64,000 nt of DNA from Planctomycetota bacterium (GTDB taxonomy: Bacteria > Planctomycetota > UBA8108 > SXIK01). The position numbers were made by a program, and so were the translations under genes. Shown piece by piece: positions 10,597 to 19,750 of the stretch; positions within the stretch are counted from its first letter, which is position 1; the number at the start of each line of letters is the position of its first letter. The stretch is from NCBI GenBank assembly GCA_965223845.1, contig CBDCXR010000004.1:5568001-5632000 (forward strand). The letters run 5' to 3'. The notes under the pieces are model-generated. The model saw only the letters and a list, made by a program, of their open reading frames with translations, was not told the origin of the DNA and searched no databases.

Positions 10597-11076
10597 ACCT
10601 CGCTCCTTTGAAAACAGACCTACAGAGAAACCCAACAGACACAAAGAAAACTCCGGCCGCGTTAACGTCGCGAGTGAATCGCGCCAAGTCCCGCTGAAGA
10701 GCACGCCCCCCGACGGAACCATACGCAGTTCGAGCGTTCAGACCGTCGCTCGATTGGCGCGAAATCGGACTTCCGATCGCTGAGGACTTCCCCTGCGGAG
10801 AGGCGGATTTCTTCCCCAGTTCCCCGCGGTCGTGAACTACCCGGAGAATCGACCAGAACTGCCCCTGATCGCGAAAACGCGCGAAATTCCTCGTAAGACC
10901 AATATCCTTGGTTTCTCTTGTAGTCGAATTCTCGCGGTCGAGCGAACACAAAATCGGGCGGCGAAGCACGATTTCCCGGCTCCGTGCTTCCCTCCACTCG
11001 CCCCCGCGGCTTCGGCCGCCAGAGGGCGCTCGGAGGAAGGAGCGTCCCCCGGAGGGACGATCCCCGCGCCAACGAA

Positions 11077-11116
11077 AGCGAGCGCCCGAAAGATCGAGAT
11101 CCTTCGGGCGCTCGCT
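11077..11116 (-). terminator. Hairpin downstream of paralog 2 (copy 2 of hairpin family)
   Basis: AGCGAGCGCCCGAA...TTCGGGCGCTCGCT, followed by TTCGTT on the minus strand. Confidence 0.7.
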
Positions 11117-11154
11117 GTGAACCCGGCGGTTCGCTGGAACTCGCGCGGCGGCGA

Positions 11155-12387
11155 TTACCTGCGCGCGCCGAGGGGACAACCCTCGTTGTTGAGCGCATCG
11201 AGGACGTCCTTCGTACCTTCGATGACGTCCTTGTCCCCACTGTCGACCGCGTCGTTGAACGCGTCGATCACTTCGTCTGCGGTCAGACCGTAGCTGACGT
11301 CCGGAGAGAGCGCGTTGAGGAGCGCCGCGACCGAGTGACGTCCGAGCGCGTTCACGCCGCCGCCCCGAATTCTGAGAATATCGAGGAGCGTTTGGTCGCC
11401 AAAGACGTCGCTACCGAAGACGTCGACAAAGAGGTCGTCCGGACTCACGAGCGTCCAGTCCCCGATGCGGAGACCCCGGTTCTTCCAGTATCCGGGCGTG
11501 CAGCCTTCGCCACCGGTCGGCGGCTCCGGACGGAAGTAGCAGAAGTCCGCCGTCAGATCGCTCGAGTTGTCGTCCGCGAGCGCCGTGCAGTACGGCGCGG
11601 CGCGGCTATTGCCGAGCTCGCCACACGCGACGAGGCTGCTCGAGACGGTCGACTCGTCGATCTTGACGCAGTAGTCGCCGGCGCAGAGACCTTCGAAGAG
11701 ATAGTTGCCGTCCGCGTCGGTGATCGCCGAAGCGATCTCCGCGCCGCTGCCGTCACAGAGGACGAGACGGACGTCCGGAAGACCGTTTTCGCCTGCATCC
11801 TTCACGCCGTCGCCGTTCTCGTCGACCCACACGAGATCGCCGATCGTCCCGAGGCAGGGATCGGGAACATCGCAGTAGACGAAGTCGATTCCATTCACGA
11901 TCGTGCCGCAGCCGGGGATCACCGGTTCCATGTCGATGGTTTGCGACTTATCGGCGAGGTCGCCGCCGGCGCAAACCGACGGATCCGGCACATCGGTCTC
12001 GGCGCAGCCCGCACCGTTCTCCGTGTTGAGACAGTTGAGCGTCGTGAGCTCCTTGCTCGCGGGGACCATCGAGTCGTCGATGATCTTCACCGTGAAGACG
12101 ATGATCGGGTCGAAACGGGCGAGGTCGCTGAACCGATACTCGCCATCGGAACCCGTCGTCGTCGTGACGTCGATGCCGTTGTCCTGGAGGGGATTCCCGT
12201 CCCCGTCGCAAAGTCCGACCACCACCTCGCCGAGACGCTCAGCACCGGGTTGCTCGTCCTGACCACATTCAGGATCGGCGCCGGCACACCAGATCGTCCC
12301 CTTGATCGTTCGAGCCGACACCTGAGCGCATGCCAGGGCGACACACGTGGCTGCCGCGAATCCAACCATCGTTCTTACTTTCAACAT
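11155..12387 (-). CDS. Secreted Cys-rich SdrD B-like domain protein, paralog 2
   Basis: Near-identical to 9376-10596. AAAGGA RBS precedes the ATG at 12387. Confidence 0.85.
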   Translation of the reverse strand: MLKVRTMVGFAAATCVALACAQVSARTIKGTIWCAGADPECGQDEQPGAERLGEVVVGLCDGDGNPLQDNGIDVTTTTGSDGEYRFSDLARFDPIIVFTVKIIDDSMVPASKELTTLNCLNTENGAGCAETDVPDPSVCAGGDLADKSQTIDMEPVIPGCGTIVNGIDFVYCDVPDPCLGTIGDLVWVDENGDGVKDAGENGLPDVRLVLCDGSGAEIASAITDADGNYLFEGLCAGDYCVKIDESTVSSSLVACGELGNSRAAPYCTALADDNSSDLTADFCYFRPEPPTGGEGCTPGYWKNRGLRIGDWTLVSPDDLFVDVFGSDVFGDQTLLDILRIRGGGVNALGRHSVAALLNALSPDVSYGLTADEVIDAFNDAVDSGDKDVIEGTKDVLDALNNEGCPLGARR

Positions 12388-12461
12388 TCGTCGTTCCTTT
12401 CGAAGCGGACAGAGTTCTAGACAGACCGAGAGACTCGGGTCGCAGGTGGACCACGACTGGT

Positions 12462-12705
12462 CCCGAGGGATCACTGCCCCGAGGGATCACTGCCCCGAGG
12501 GGGTCACTGCCCAGAGGGATCACTGCCCAGAGGGGATCACTGCCCAGAGGGGATCACTGCCCGAGGGATCACTGCGCCCGGAGGGGTCACTGCCCGGAGG
12601 GAGTCACTGCGCCCGGAGGGGTCACTGCCCGGAGGGAGTCACTGCCCGGAGGGAGTCACTGCCCGGAGGGAGTCACTGCCCAGAGGGGGTCACTGCCCGA
12701 AGGGA
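12462..12705. repeat. Tandem array of 14 imperfect 15-18 bp units, consensus CCC[GA]GAGGG[AG](G)TCACTGC
   Basis: TCACTGC core counted 14 times, from 12471 to 12690, with mostly 17-bp spacing and no unique spacers. Confidence 0.95.
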
Positions 12706-12949
12706 AACACCACCCCGAAGAAAAGCACGGCTCGAACGTTCAGACCGGCGCCTAGTCAAACCGATCGAGACCTCTGCGTCGCTCAGGAATTCCCCGACTC
12801 GCGAATGCCTCGACGCGACTACGTCTCCGCGTTCCATCGCTCCGCAGAGAATCAAATCAGATCGCAAACTCGCACGATCTTCCGCGGCGGCACCACCACC
12901 TTTGGCAAACAACGACCGAAAGAGCCCGGTCGCTCTGCCCAAAACGAAA

Positions 12950-12988
12950 GAAAGCGCCCGAAGGATCACTGCTCCTTCGGGCGCTTTC
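12950..12988 (-). terminator. Rho-independent terminator downstream of paralog 3 (copy 3 of hairpin family)
   Basis: GAAAGCGCCCGAAGGA-tcactgc-TCCTTCGGGCGCTTTC, with a T-rich tail on the minus strand. Confidence 0.8.
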
Positions 12989-13024
12989 AACGAGTCCGAC
13001 GACTCGAAACAACTCGCGGGACGA

Positions 13025-14254
13025 TTAGCGTCGCGCGCCGAGGGGGCAACCCTCGTTGTTGAGCTCGTCGAACACGTCCTTCGTGGCTTCGATCAAGTCG
13101 GCGTCGCCGCTGGCCACCGCGTCGTTGAACGCGTCGATGACTTCGGCGGCCGTGAGACCGTAGTCGACATTCGGCGAGAGGGCGTTGAGAAGCGCCGCGA
13201 CCGCATGGCGTCCGAGCGCATTCACGCCGCCGCCGCGAAGGCGGAGAACGTCGAGGAGCGTCTGACCGGAAAACACGTCGTTCCCGAAGACCGACTCGAA
13301 CGTGGCGTCCGGGTCGAGCTCCCAGTCGCCGATCCGACGACCGCGATTCTTCCAGTAACCCGGCGTACAGCCCTCGCCACCGGTGGGCGGCTCGGGACGG
13401 AAGTAGCAGAAGTCCGCCGTTAGGTCGCTCGAATCGTCGGCCGCGAGGGTCGTACAGTACGGATCCGCTCGGCTGTCGCCGAGAGCACCGCAGGGAAGAA
13501 GGCCTTCCGGGATCGTCGAGTCGTCAACCTTGACGCAGTAGTCGCCAGCGCAGAGGCCCTCGAAGAGGTAGTTGCCGTCCGCGTCGGTGATCGCCGAAGC
13601 GATCTCCGCGCCGCCGCCGTCGCAAAGGACGAGGCGAACGTCCCCGAGACCGTTCTCTTCGGCATCCTTCACGCCGTCGCCGTTCTGGTCGATCCAGACG
13701 AGGTCGCCGATCGTGCCTTCGCACACGACGGGGATGTCGCAGTAGACGAAGTCGATCCCGTTGACGTTCGTGCCACAACCCGGGATGACCGGTGCCATGT
13801 CGATGGTCTGCGATTTTTCCGCGAGGTCACCGCCGGCACAGACGGACGGATCGGGAACGTCCGTCTCGGCGCAGCCCGCGCCGTTCTCGGTGTTGAGACA
13901 GTTGAGCGTGGTGAGCTCTTTCCCGGCGGGAACCATCGAGTCGTCGAGAATTTTCACGGTGAAGACGACGATCGGATCGAAGCGAACGAGATCCGTGAAC
14001 CGGTAGTTGCCTTCGTCGTCCGTCGTCGTCGTGACGTCGACGCCGTTGTCCTGGAGCGGATTCCCGTCTCCGTCGCAGAGACCGACGACCACGTTCTCGA
14101 GAATTTCCGGGCCCGGCTGCGCGTCCTGACCGCACTCGGGATCGGCGCCGGCGCACCAAATCGTTCCCTTGATCGTACGAGCGGACGCCTGAGCACACGA
14201 CAGGGCGACACAAGCCGCTGCCGCGAACCCGACGATGCTTCGCGTATTCAACAT
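13025..14254 (-). CDS. Secreted Cys-rich SdrD B-like domain protein, paralog 3
   Basis: Same architecture as paralogs 1 and 2, with an AAAGGAG RBS. Confidence 0.87.
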   Translation of the reverse strand: MLNTRSIVGFAAAACVALSCAQASARTIKGTIWCAGADPECGQDAQPGPEILENVVVGLCDGDGNPLQDNGVDVTTTTDDEGNYRFTDLVRFDPIVVFTVKILDDSMVPAGKELTTLNCLNTENGAGCAETDVPDPSVCAGGDLAEKSQTIDMAPVIPGCGTNVNGIDFVYCDIPVVCEGTIGDLVWIDQNGDGVKDAEENGLGDVRLVLCDGGGAEIASAITDADGNYLFEGLCAGDYCVKVDDSTIPEGLLPCGALGDSRADPYCTTLAADDSSDLTADFCYFRPEPPTGGEGCTPGYWKNRGRRIGDWELDPDATFESVFGNDVFSGQTLLDVLRLRGGGVNALGRHAVAALLNALSPNVDYGLTAAEVIDAFNDAVASGDADLIEATKDVFDELNNEGCPLGARR

Positions 14255-14911
14255 GCTTTACTCCTTTGAAAGCACACCAACAAGAAACCGACAAACTCCA
14301 GTGGATGATCGGGACGCCGGGCGGAGCTAAACGCATCCGGCGACCACCGGTCGGCGCGAGGGGTGAGCTCGAATCGGACGATTTCGAACGCGGCTGCCTG
14401 CGAGTGCTCTCGAGGTCCGCTCGACCTCGCCGATCGATTCTTCGTTCGATCGCCGACGCGGGGGCTCGTGCAAGCACTGAGCCAAGATGTGTCCCGCACT
14501 CGATCCGTCCGAGGGAAAGGCGGGTGTGCTCGCGGAAACCAGCGATTCGCCGGTGATCGCGGTTTCGCTTCTCCGGCGGTTTACGGGCTCAAACCGCGTC
14601 GCAGTTCTTCGATGTGCACCAAAATCGGACGATCGGTAGCGATTCCGCCGACGGGACTCCGGGAGATGGACAGCGAAGCTGCGTACGGGAAAACTCGCAC
14701 CGTCACCGGAGCGAGAATCGCCCAGCATCGGGACGGCGCGGCGAGTGACTCGGGAATCGGGACGCCCATTTTCGCCCGATCCGTCCGCAGCAGCTAGCGC
14801 CGCTCGGTTCCACCGATGTGACCGGAACTGGATCGGATGCTATCACTCTCCAGCGGTCTCCGGCGGGAGGCTCGCCCCCGCACGCACCGATCTCTGAAGG
14901 GATCCACTCCG

Positions 14912-15496
14912 ATGCGTACGCAGAACAGCACAGTGCATCGACGGCGCGAGAGCGGTGTCAGCCTCGTCGAAGTGATGGTGTACGTCGCGTTGATCGTGAT
15001 CCTCGGCGGCCCGATCGCGTTCACCGTACTCACCTCTACTCGAAGTACCGCCGACCACGACGCGTTCAACAAGATCGCCGAGCGCAACCGCGTCGCGCGG
15101 TTCCGTTTCGCGCAGGACGGGAGAAACGCCGAGCTGAGCTCGATCACCGTGACGAACGGCGGCACGAATGTCGTATTCACATTCCCCGACCAGCTCGTCG
15201 GAGGAGCTTTCGTCGCCGGAGACATGATCCGCTACGAGTTCTCCCTCGTGCCCGGTGAGCAGTCGAACGGCATCGACGACAACGGCAACGGACTCGCCGA
15301 TGAAGGCCGTCTGCGCCGCATCAACCTTACGCAAAACGAAGTCGTCGGAGTCTGCGAAGGACTGGACCTGACGAACAGTGGATTCGCACTCAACGGCAAC
15401 CGCCTCAGCATTACCGTAACGACCCAAGGCGTAATGGGATCGGACAAGAACGCGCACGGTGTGACGCGAACGACCGACGTCCGTCCGCGCAACTGA
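14912..15496 (+). CDS. Prepilin-type N-terminal cleavage/methylation protein (PilW/GspJ-like minor pilin)
   Basis: Class III signal RRESG|VSLVEVMVYVALIVIL with Glu at +5. Confidence 0.8.
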   Translation: MRTQNSTVHRRRESGVSLVEVMVYVALIVILGGPIAFTVLTSTRSTADHDAFNKIAERNRVARFRFAQDGRNAELSSITVTNGGTNVVFTFPDQLVGGAFVAGDMIRYEFSLVPGEQSNGIDDNGNGLADEGRLRRINLTQNEVVGVCEGLDLTNSGFALNGNRLSITVTTQGVMGSDKNAHGVTRTTDVRPRN

Positions 15497-15633
15497 CCGA
15501 ATCCGCGTCAGCGCTTCTCATTCGCTGAGCTCGCACTCACCCACTGGAGGATCCTCGGGAGACCGAACGGACGGGCGGGACGGAGACCGTTTTCGTACTT
15601 TCGTGCTTCAGGCCTTTGGACAGAGTCGCCCCC

Positions 15634-16818
15634 ATGAAACACCCGAATCGCAACCAAGGGAACGCGCTCATCGCCGTGCTCGTTCTCTTCGTCATGCTCG
15701 CCGGTCTCGCGAGCTCTCAACACACGGTGGTTCGTTCGAACCTCCAACAGGCGAACGACTTTTACTCGCGTTCGCAGCTCCTCCAATGCGCGGAGAGCGG
15801 CCTCGCTCTCGGATCCCATGAGATTCACAACAATATCTCGGCGGATCCGGGAAAGATCGGGACCGAGCTCTGGACTGCGACCGGAGACTTCGGTCGCGAT
15901 GGCCTCCCGGGTACGTACGACGCCGGCGAGAACGACGGGATTCCGTCGCCCGGCGAGCCGAACGTCGTGCCGCAGCCGATCGGTCCGTCCGAGCTCGGCG
16001 CGAACCTTCTCGTGTACGCCGACAACACCGCGGTTGCCGGTGTTCTGCGTGTCGTATCCGTCGCTTACAACGCCGACAACATGGTGACGGTGACGAAGTT
16101 CGTCGAAGAGCAGATCGTATCGCTTCCGCAGACGGGTGCGGTGTACGTCGATCCGAGCGTCTCGCTCTCCCTCAACGGAAACTCGTTCACCATGGACGGG
16201 AACGACACCAACCTCGACGGCACCGCGGGTCCGAACGCCGCGCTCCCGGGCCTGGCAACGACAACCGTCGGTGCGGTGGGCGATAGCACCGCGAATCTTC
16301 TCGGCCAGATCCCATCCACTGCGGCGAACAACATCCTCGGACAGGGCGGAACGCCCTCCATCGGCGAAGTATCGAGCTTCGATCTCGACGCCATGTTCGA
16401 AAAGCTCAAAGCGAAGCAGACGCAAACTCTCTCCACGGGCACGTACTCCAACGTGAGTTGGGGCACGCCGGTCGTCGGTGGAATGGAGGTCGTCTACGCC
16501 TCGAGCGACATCGCACTCTCCGGGCAGGGCAGCGGCGCGGGTGTGCTTCTCGTCGACGGCAACCTCGAAATCACCGGCCAGTTCGAATGGGTCGGACTCA
16601 TCATCGTCCGCGGCGATATCAAGATGGCCGGCGGAGGAACCGCCATTCATACGCTCGGTTCTCTCATGGTGACCGACACGCTCTCCGCGGTCGATCCGTC
16701 CAATCTCACCATCTCTGGAAACGCGGATGCCGTGTACAGCAGCGAAGCGATGAGCATGGTGGAGACGTTTCTCAACACGTCCAAAGACTACGACACCCTC
16801 TACGTCGAGGTGCGCTGA
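15634..16818 (+). CDS. PilX/GspK-like minor pilin with a beta-rich C-terminal domain
   Basis: NQG|NALIAVLVLFVML lacks Glu at +5, typical of PilX; AESG motif; GSGAGVLLVDGNLEITG...GLIIV repeats. Confidence 0.75.
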   Translation: MKHPNRNQGNALIAVLVLFVMLAGLASSQHTVVRSNLQQANDFYSRSQLLQCAESGLALGSHEIHNNISADPGKIGTELWTATGDFGRDGLPGTYDAGENDGIPSPGEPNVVPQPIGPSELGANLLVYADNTAVAGVLRVVSVAYNADNMVTVTKFVEEQIVSLPQTGAVYVDPSVSLSLNGNSFTMDGNDTNLDGTAGPNAALPGLATTTVGAVGDSTANLLGQIPSTAANNILGQGGTPSIGEVSSFDLDAMFEKLKAKQTQTLSTGTYSNVSWGTPVVGGMEVVYASSDIALSGQGSGAGVLLVDGNLEITGQFEWVGLIIVRGDIKMAGGGTAIHTLGSLMVTDTLSAVDPSNLTISGNADAVYSSEAMSMVETFLNTSKDYDTLYVEVR

Positions 16819-17565
16819 ATGAGACCCTCACTCGGAACTCGAGTCGCAGGCGCCGTGCTGGTGGCACTCCTCGCCTCGGACCCGGCCGTCGCGCAGGTGA
16901 CTTCGGGCACGAAAGACGCTGGAGAGGCCAGCGCCAAAGAAAAGAAGAAGAGCAAGAAGCACGCGGAGTTCGTAAAAGCGATGGAGACCATCGCCGCCTC
17001 GACGAACAAGCACCGCCTCGTGGCGGCGATGCAGAAGCTTCGAAAGGGCTACCCCGACTCCCACGATGCGCTCGTCGAAGCGCTCAAAGGACGCTCGTCC
17101 CGCGCCCGCGCGTACGCCGTGCAGATTCTCGGCGAGTTCGGCGACCCGAAGGAGGTCTTTAAGCACGTCTCCTACGGATTGAACGACCCCGTCGCCTCCG
17201 TCCGCCTCGCGGCTGTAACCGCGATGCTTCGGATGGGCGAGGGCGCCCGCGAAGCGCTCGAGCGCTACCTTCCACGCGAGGAAGAGAAGAACGTTCGGAA
17301 GATGGCGATCAAAATGCTCCATCGGCTCGGCGACAAGAAGGCGATCCCGTTTCTCGTCGAGCGACTCGAAGTCGAGAAGGACGCCGGAGCTCGTCGCTTC
17401 ACCGTGAAAGCCCTTCAGGCGCTGTCGGGACAGAAGATCGGCGACGATTTGAACGCGTGGCGGCGCTACACGCTCAAAGAGAGCGAAGAGCGCCAGCGGC
17501 GCGAGCTCGAAAAATACGCCGAGCGACTTCTCGAGAAGAAAAAGAAAGCGGAGGCGAAGCAATGA
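16819..17565 (+). CDS. Exported HEAT/PBS-lyase-like repeat protein
   Basis: Signal peptide; LNDPVASVRLAAVTAM and LGDKKAIPFLVERL repeats. Confidence 0.75.
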   Translation: MRPSLGTRVAGAVLVALLASDPAVAQVTSGTKDAGEASAKEKKKSKKHAEFVKAMETIAASTNKHRLVAAMQKLRKGYPDSHDALVEALKGRSSRARAYAVQILGEFGDPKEVFKHVSYGLNDPVASVRLAAVTAMLRMGEGAREALERYLPREEEKNVRKMAIKMLHRLGDKKAIPFLVERLEVEKDAGARRFTVKALQALSGQKIGDDLNAWRRYTLKESEERQRRELEKYAERLLEKKKKAEAKQ

Positions 17566-18047
17566 AACGAACTCCCTCCCGCGAACAGGGCGCGCTGATG
17601 ATCGAGATGGCACTCGCTCTCAGCATCTTCGCCGTCGGCGTCCTCGCCTACATGAACAGCTTCTTCTCGAGCACGTCGGCGTTCGGCTCCGTCGAGGAGA
17701 TCGATGAGATCACCCTCGCGTTCGAAAACATGGCCGAACACCTCCGCGAGGAGACCTTTGACGACGTCTACGCGAAGTACAACGGCGCGAGCCCGATGAC
17801 CCTCTACCAAATGAAGGGTCCGAGCGGAGGCCCGGCGGTCGTCACGACGACGTGCTTCGTGAACGAAACGAACGTCCCCGCGGAGTTCGGCCCCATCTCT
17901 GATCTCGACGGAAACGCGAGTCAGCAGTCGACGGACGTCTCGGGGTCGTACCTTCTTCTTCCCGTGCGGATGCGCGTAACGTTTCAGACCGGTCAGGGAA
18001 CTCAGGTCCGCGACCAGTACATCATTCTCGAAGGTCCGGACGTGTAG
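17562..18047 (+). CDS. PilV/GspI-like minor pilin
   Basis: REQG|ALMIEMALALSIFAVG class III signal; ATGA overlap with the upstream gene. Confidence 0.75.
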   Translation: MKRTPSREQGALMIEMALALSIFAVGVLAYMNSFFSSTSAFGSVEEIDEITLAFENMAEHLREETFDDVYAKYNGASPMTLYQMKGPSGGPAVVTTTCFVNETNVPAEFGPISDLDGNASQQSTDVSGSYLLLPVRMRVTFQTGQGTQVRDQYIILEGPDV

Positions 18048-18067
18048 CCGCGCGCCGAAAGGTGCGC

Positions 18068-18166
18068 CCCGTTCCCGTTCCCGTTCCCGACAAACTTCTC
18101 TTCCTTCTTTCACTCCGTTCCGCCAGGAGCGAACCTCGCCCCTTCGGGAACGGGAACGGGAACGGG
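18068..18166. repeat. 23-bp perfect inverted repeat built from (GGGAAC)n hexamers
   Basis: CCCGTTCCCGTTCCCGTTCCCGA at 18068-18090 and its exact reverse complement at 18144-18166. Confidence 0.9.
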
Positions 18167-18175
18167 AGTAGACTC

Positions 18176-19588
18176 CTACTCACTCAACCGGTAAGCGCGC
18201 TTCGCGAGACCGTACGCGGAGTCGCAGACCATCGCCGCGGCGTCTTCCTCGTCGATCACGCCGCGGACCACGAGACCCGCGAGCCAGTTCGCGTCGACCC
18301 GTCGCCACACATCGTGCCGCGCCGGAATCGAGGGGAACGCTCGCGTATCATCGTTGAATCCGACCGTGTTGTAGAGCCCGGCCGTTTCGTGCACCTGCTC
18401 GCGGTAACGGATCATCCCCTCGATGCTGTCGTGAAACCACCACGGCGGGCCGAGCTTTACCGCGGGATAGTGGCCGGCGAGCGGCGCGAGCTCACGCGAA
18501 TACGTCGTCTCATCGAGAGTGAAGAGGATGAGTGTCAGCTCGCGGATGTTGCCGTAGCGGTCGAGGAGCGGCTTTAGATTCCGCGTGTACTCGGTCGCGG
18601 TCGGTATGTCGCAGCCCTTGTCCGCACCGAACTGGCGGAACACGGCTCGATTGTGGTTTCGGAACGAGCCCGAGTGGAGCTGCATGACGAGGCCGTCCTC
18701 GGTGCTCATGCGCGCCATCTCGGTGAGCATGTGCCCGGTGAATCGCCGGGCGTCGTCCTCGGACGCCTCGGAACGAAGCGCGCGCTGAAAGATCGCGTCG
18801 GCTTCGCCCTCGGAGAGAATCTCCGTGTAGGGCGTCGTCGCGCCGTGATCGGTCGCGGTCGCTCCCATATCACGAAAGAACTGCCGCCGGTTCTCGAGCG
18901 CGGCGACGAGCGCGCGGTAGCTTCCCACCTCGGTTCCCGTTCGCTCGCTGAGCCCGTCGATGCTCTCTCGCCAGCCGGGGGCATCGAGGTTGAGGACGGC
19001 GTCGGGCCGGAACGTCGGGAGAATGCGGCCGTTCCAATCGGAGTCGCAAATCCGCTGATGGTGGTCTAGCGAGTCGATCGCCGAGTCCGTCGTGCAGAGG
19101 ACCTCGATACCGAACTTCTCGAAGAGCGCCCGCGGACGAAACTCCGGCGAGGCGAGCTTCGCCGCGATCGCGTCGTAGATGTCTTGCCCCGTATCGCCGC
19201 TCAGCTTCTCGGTGATGCCGAAAACATCCTCGAGCTCGTGGCGGAGCCAGGCGCCGGTCGGCGTCCCGCGGAAGAGAAAGAAGTTCTCGGCGAAGATCTG
19301 CCAGATCTCGCGGTGATCCGTGGCGACGGGGCTTCCGTCGACGCTCGGAATCCCGAGCTCCTCGAGGGTGACGCCCTGCGAGTAGAGCATGCGAAATACG
19401 TAGTGATCGGGAATGAGGAGGAGATCGGTGGGCGTCCCGAACGAATAGTCGGGATCGCTGAACATCGCCGGATCCACGTGTCCGTGCGGGCAGACGAGAG
19501 GCAGCTCCCGCACCATGTCGTAGAGCTGCCGGGCAACGGCCTTTTGCGATGGTTCGGGACTGAAGTAGCGGTCTTCCGGTAGTTGCAT
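18176..19588 (-). CDS. uxaC: Glucuronate isomerase (uronate isomerase)
   Basis: LPLVCPHGHVDP, PDHYVFRMLYSQG, PTFRPD, GPPWWFHDS and GFNDDTRAF motifs. Start reassigned to the ATG at 19588. Confidence 0.93.
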   Translation of the reverse strand: MQLPEDRYFSPEPSQKAVARQLYDMVRELPLVCPHGHVDPAMFSDPDYSFGTPTDLLLIPDHYVFRMLYSQGVTLEELGIPSVDGSPVATDHREIWQIFAENFFLFRGTPTGAWLRHELEDVFGITEKLSGDTGQDIYDAIAAKLASPEFRPRALFEKFGIEVLCTTDSAIDSLDHHQRICDSDWNGRILPTFRPDAVLNLDAPGWRESIDGLSERTGTEVGSYRALVAALENRRQFFRDMGATATDHGATTPYTEILSEGEADAIFQRALRSEASEDDARRFTGHMLTEMARMSTEDGLVMQLHSGSFRNHNRAVFRQFGADKGCDIPTATEYTRNLKPLLDRYGNIRELTLILFTLDETTYSRELAPLAGHYPAVKLGPPWWFHDSIEGMIRYREQVHETAGLYNTVGFNDDTRAFPSIPARHDVWRRVDANWLAGLVVRGVIDEEDAAAMVCDSAYGLAKRAYRLSE

Positions 19589-19750
19589 GTCGCGTACGCG
19601 CTGGTTTTCGCGAGGGGAGGCGATCGTTACAATCTGCACAAGGTAGCCGACCCGGAGAGGCGAGGAAAAGTTTTTCGCGGCCACTCCACACGGCGACCGG
19701 TCGTTGTCGCGTAGAGAAAGTGACCGTCAACTGCGAAGGCTTTAGTCGCC

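Noticed and set aside
12462-12705. CRISPR array
   Set aside because: Units are contiguous 15-18 bp repeats with no unique spacers, and there are no cas genes in the window.
12330-13423. ORFs spanning the tandem array (141 aa and 358 aa)
   Set aside because: The repeat period is mostly not a multiple of three, the translation shifts register between units, and the ORFs overlap real genes on the opposite strand.
9376-14254. Diversity-generating retroelement or invertase-driven shufflon behind the paralog variation
   Set aside because: No reverse transcriptase or recombinase nearby, differences are not visibly adenine-specific, and all copies are intact and co-oriented.
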